A stretch of DNA of 35,340 nt. It comes from Thelocarpon superellum (lineage: Eukaryota). The notes beneath the pieces were generated by a model. It ran no database searches, was not told the origin of the DNA, and saw only the letters and a program-made list of their open reading frames with translations. Below, piece by piece: positions 33,440 to 35,340 of this stretch (positions are counted from its first letter, which is position 1; each line of letters starts with the position of its first letter). The stretch lies in assembly GCA_026025795.1 (NCBI GenBank), contig JAPEUG010000159.1:1-35340 (forward strand). The letters run 5' to 3'. The position numbers and the translations under genes are program-made.

Positions 33440-33680
33440 GCAGTGGGTGGTGTAGTGGGCGGCCAGAAGCAAGCAAGCGAGTTGGGCAGCTCTGTCTTCG
33501 ATGCTACAAATAAGGCATCAAGCCAAGCACCCAGGATGTTCAATGCACGGAGCACGTCTTTGAAAGGTGTTCAACACCGATTTGGAATTACTTGTCCCGG
33601 GTGCTGGACCCTGTCAGCAGAGGATCGTCGTATGATTGCCCGGTCCGTGTCACGCCCGCGGCGACTGCACCAGGAGTAAA

Positions 33681-33708
33681 GATAAGATGAGATGAGATAA
33701 GATAAGAT
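33681..33708. repeat. (GATRA)5 pentamer array containing three GATAAG motifs, directly upstream of the kinase ATG
   Basis: gataagatgagatgagataagataagat. Confidence 0.8.
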
Positions 33709-33718
33709 CCCAGTCACC

Positions 33719-35144
33719 ATGAACATTGTGCCGGCTGTCCACGGTCAGAAGTACTGTCCCCGCAGCAACAGCATGCGCCAGCTAAGATCTTCCGTATCCG
33801 TGCGCGCGCGATGCAAGAATGCGCCGAATGGATCCGGGGGGACGGGACGCGTGAGGTCGTACGCGACGACGGGCGCTTCCGCCGAGGCGCCTCGCGGGCC
33901 GCGGCCGCCGACCTCGATCAAGAGGGCGGAGGCGGAGGTGGCCAGGCTTGCGGCCACCCCGCTCTACCCGCTCGCCCTGGCCGATTTGGTGAGGTGAGTG
34001 GCAGTCGGATCTGCGCTGAGGCGGATTCTGGGCTTCGTGACTGATGCCCGTGGGACGCTCCAGATATGGGCGACCTCCACTCGACGCGTCGGCGCTGCTG
34101 TCGTCGGCCAACTTCACGCTGTCGCTGCTGCCGCACCGGCTGGCGCACCGGATCCAGTCGCTGCGCAATCTGCCATTCATCGTCGTCTCGAATCCACACA
34201 TCTCGAAGATCTACCATAACTACTTGCATTCGCTGTCGACCCTGCTCCCATACACGGAGCGGCCGGTATCGAGCATGGCGGAGGAGAGCACCTTTACCGA
34301 GGTGATGGCAGATCTGGTGCAGACGCACGCCAACACCATCCCGACCCTGGCCCGCGGCTTCCTCGAGTGCCGGAAATACATCGATCCGGCCGAGGTGACC
34401 CGCTTCCTGGACGAGCACCTCCGGGCGCGCATCGGGACGCGGCTCATCGCGGAACAGCACATCGCCCTGCACGTCTCGTCGCAGCCCCAAGCGTCGGGTG
34501 ACGGGGCGCCGTCGGCCTCATCCTCGAGCTACATCGGCGTCATTGACACCTCGCTCCGGCCGGCGACGGTCATCCACAATTGCGGCTCCTTCGTGTCGGA
34601 GATCTGCGAGCTCAAGTACGGGGTGCGGCCGAGTCTGGTGATCGATGGCCAGCCTGATACGACGTTTGCCTACGTGCCCGTGCATCTCGAGTACATCATC
34701 ACTGAGCTCCTCAAGAACGCCTTTCGGGCGTCGGTGGAGACGGGGATGGAGCGTGAGCCGGTGGCCATCACCATCGCCGCTGCGCCCGAGGAAGGTCCGC
34801 CGGCGACGGGCGAGGAGGCCTCGTCCATCCCCGGCGTGACGGTTCGCATCCGCGACCGGGGCGGCGGCATCAGCCCCGAGCACCTCCCCAACATCTGGTC
34901 GTACAGCTTCACCACCTTTTCGGATGAGGATCTGCCTGCTGGCGTGGTGGATGGTAGCGTCGACGCCTTGAACGCCATCTCGGCGTCCGGGGGTGGGAGC
35001 AGCAGCATCGCGGGGCTTGGCTACGGACTACCGCTCAGCCGGGCATATGCGGAGTACTTCAACGGGGGGATCGCGGTCCAGAGCATGTGGGGGTGGGGCA
35101 CGGACGTGTATCTGAGCCTTCGAGGTGTGGGGAAGCTCGAGTGA
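33719..35144 (+). CDS. Mitochondrial pyruvate / branched-chain alpha-ketoacid dehydrogenase kinase (PDK/BCKDK, GHKL fold), ~451 aa; exons 33719-33993 and 34064-35144
   Basis: Arg/Ser-rich presequence-like N-terminus. Intron 33994-34063 (GTGAGT..CTGAT..CAG) gives LALADLVRYGRPPL..LPHRLAHRIQSLRNLP..RARIGTRLIAEQH. N-box ELLKNAFRA, G1 IRDRGGG, G2 AGLGYGLPLSRAYAEYF. The start could instead be the later ATG (MRQLRSS). Confidence 0.92.
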
Positions 35145-35148
35145 CACA

Positions 35149-35227
35149 ACGTGGGACCGTGGGAACGTGGGACGTGGAACGTGGGACGTGGGACGTGGGA
35201 CGTGGGACGTGGGACGTGGGACGTGGG
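35149..35227 (+). repeat. Heptamer array (ACGTGGG)~11 immediately after the kinase stop codon
   Basis: Begins 5 nt after TGA; the 5' units are degenerate and the last seven are perfect. Confidence 0.95.
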
Positions 35228-35340
35228 CGGAACGTTTGGTGTCCCTGGTGCTCCTTGTATTCCTGGTCATCTTGGTACAGAAAGCGTGGCCGAGGGCAGC
35301 CTAAACAGGAATCAAGGTCTTCGTACGCTCCGACGAGCAT

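Overview
GC-rich, intron-containing fungal (Pezizomycotina-like ascomycete) chromosomal DNA. It holds ten protein-coding genes, which I spliced by hand using GT..branch..AG signals and frame checks (25 introns, 47-129 nt). In order: a hypothetical protein (-), an OSTA/TMEM184 Hfl1-like membrane protein (-), a small uncharacterised multi-TM protein (+), the ~3310-aa bridge-like lipid transporter CSF1 (+), elongation factor 2 (+), a PWI-CCCH-RRM RBM26/27-like protein (+), a Whi5/Nrm1-family repressor (-), BMS1 (-), a 69-aa four-exon I9 protease inhibitor that the ORF track misses (+), and a mitochondrial PDK/BCKDK-family kinase (+). This is mostly a housekeeping neighbourhood. I see no tRNA, rRNA, CRISPR array, intact transposon or biosynthetic cluster, and I cannot support a new multi-gene system. 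The least explained signals are: (1) a palindrome-dense, CTAG-rich island upstream of CSF1 with a perfect 28-bp palindrome; (2) a recurring RTCACNTG promoter motif; (3) short tandem arrays just downstream of stop codons, one a potential G-quadruplex; (4) three in-frame, stop-free introns, one inside the EF2 P-loop; and (5) two genes of unknown function.
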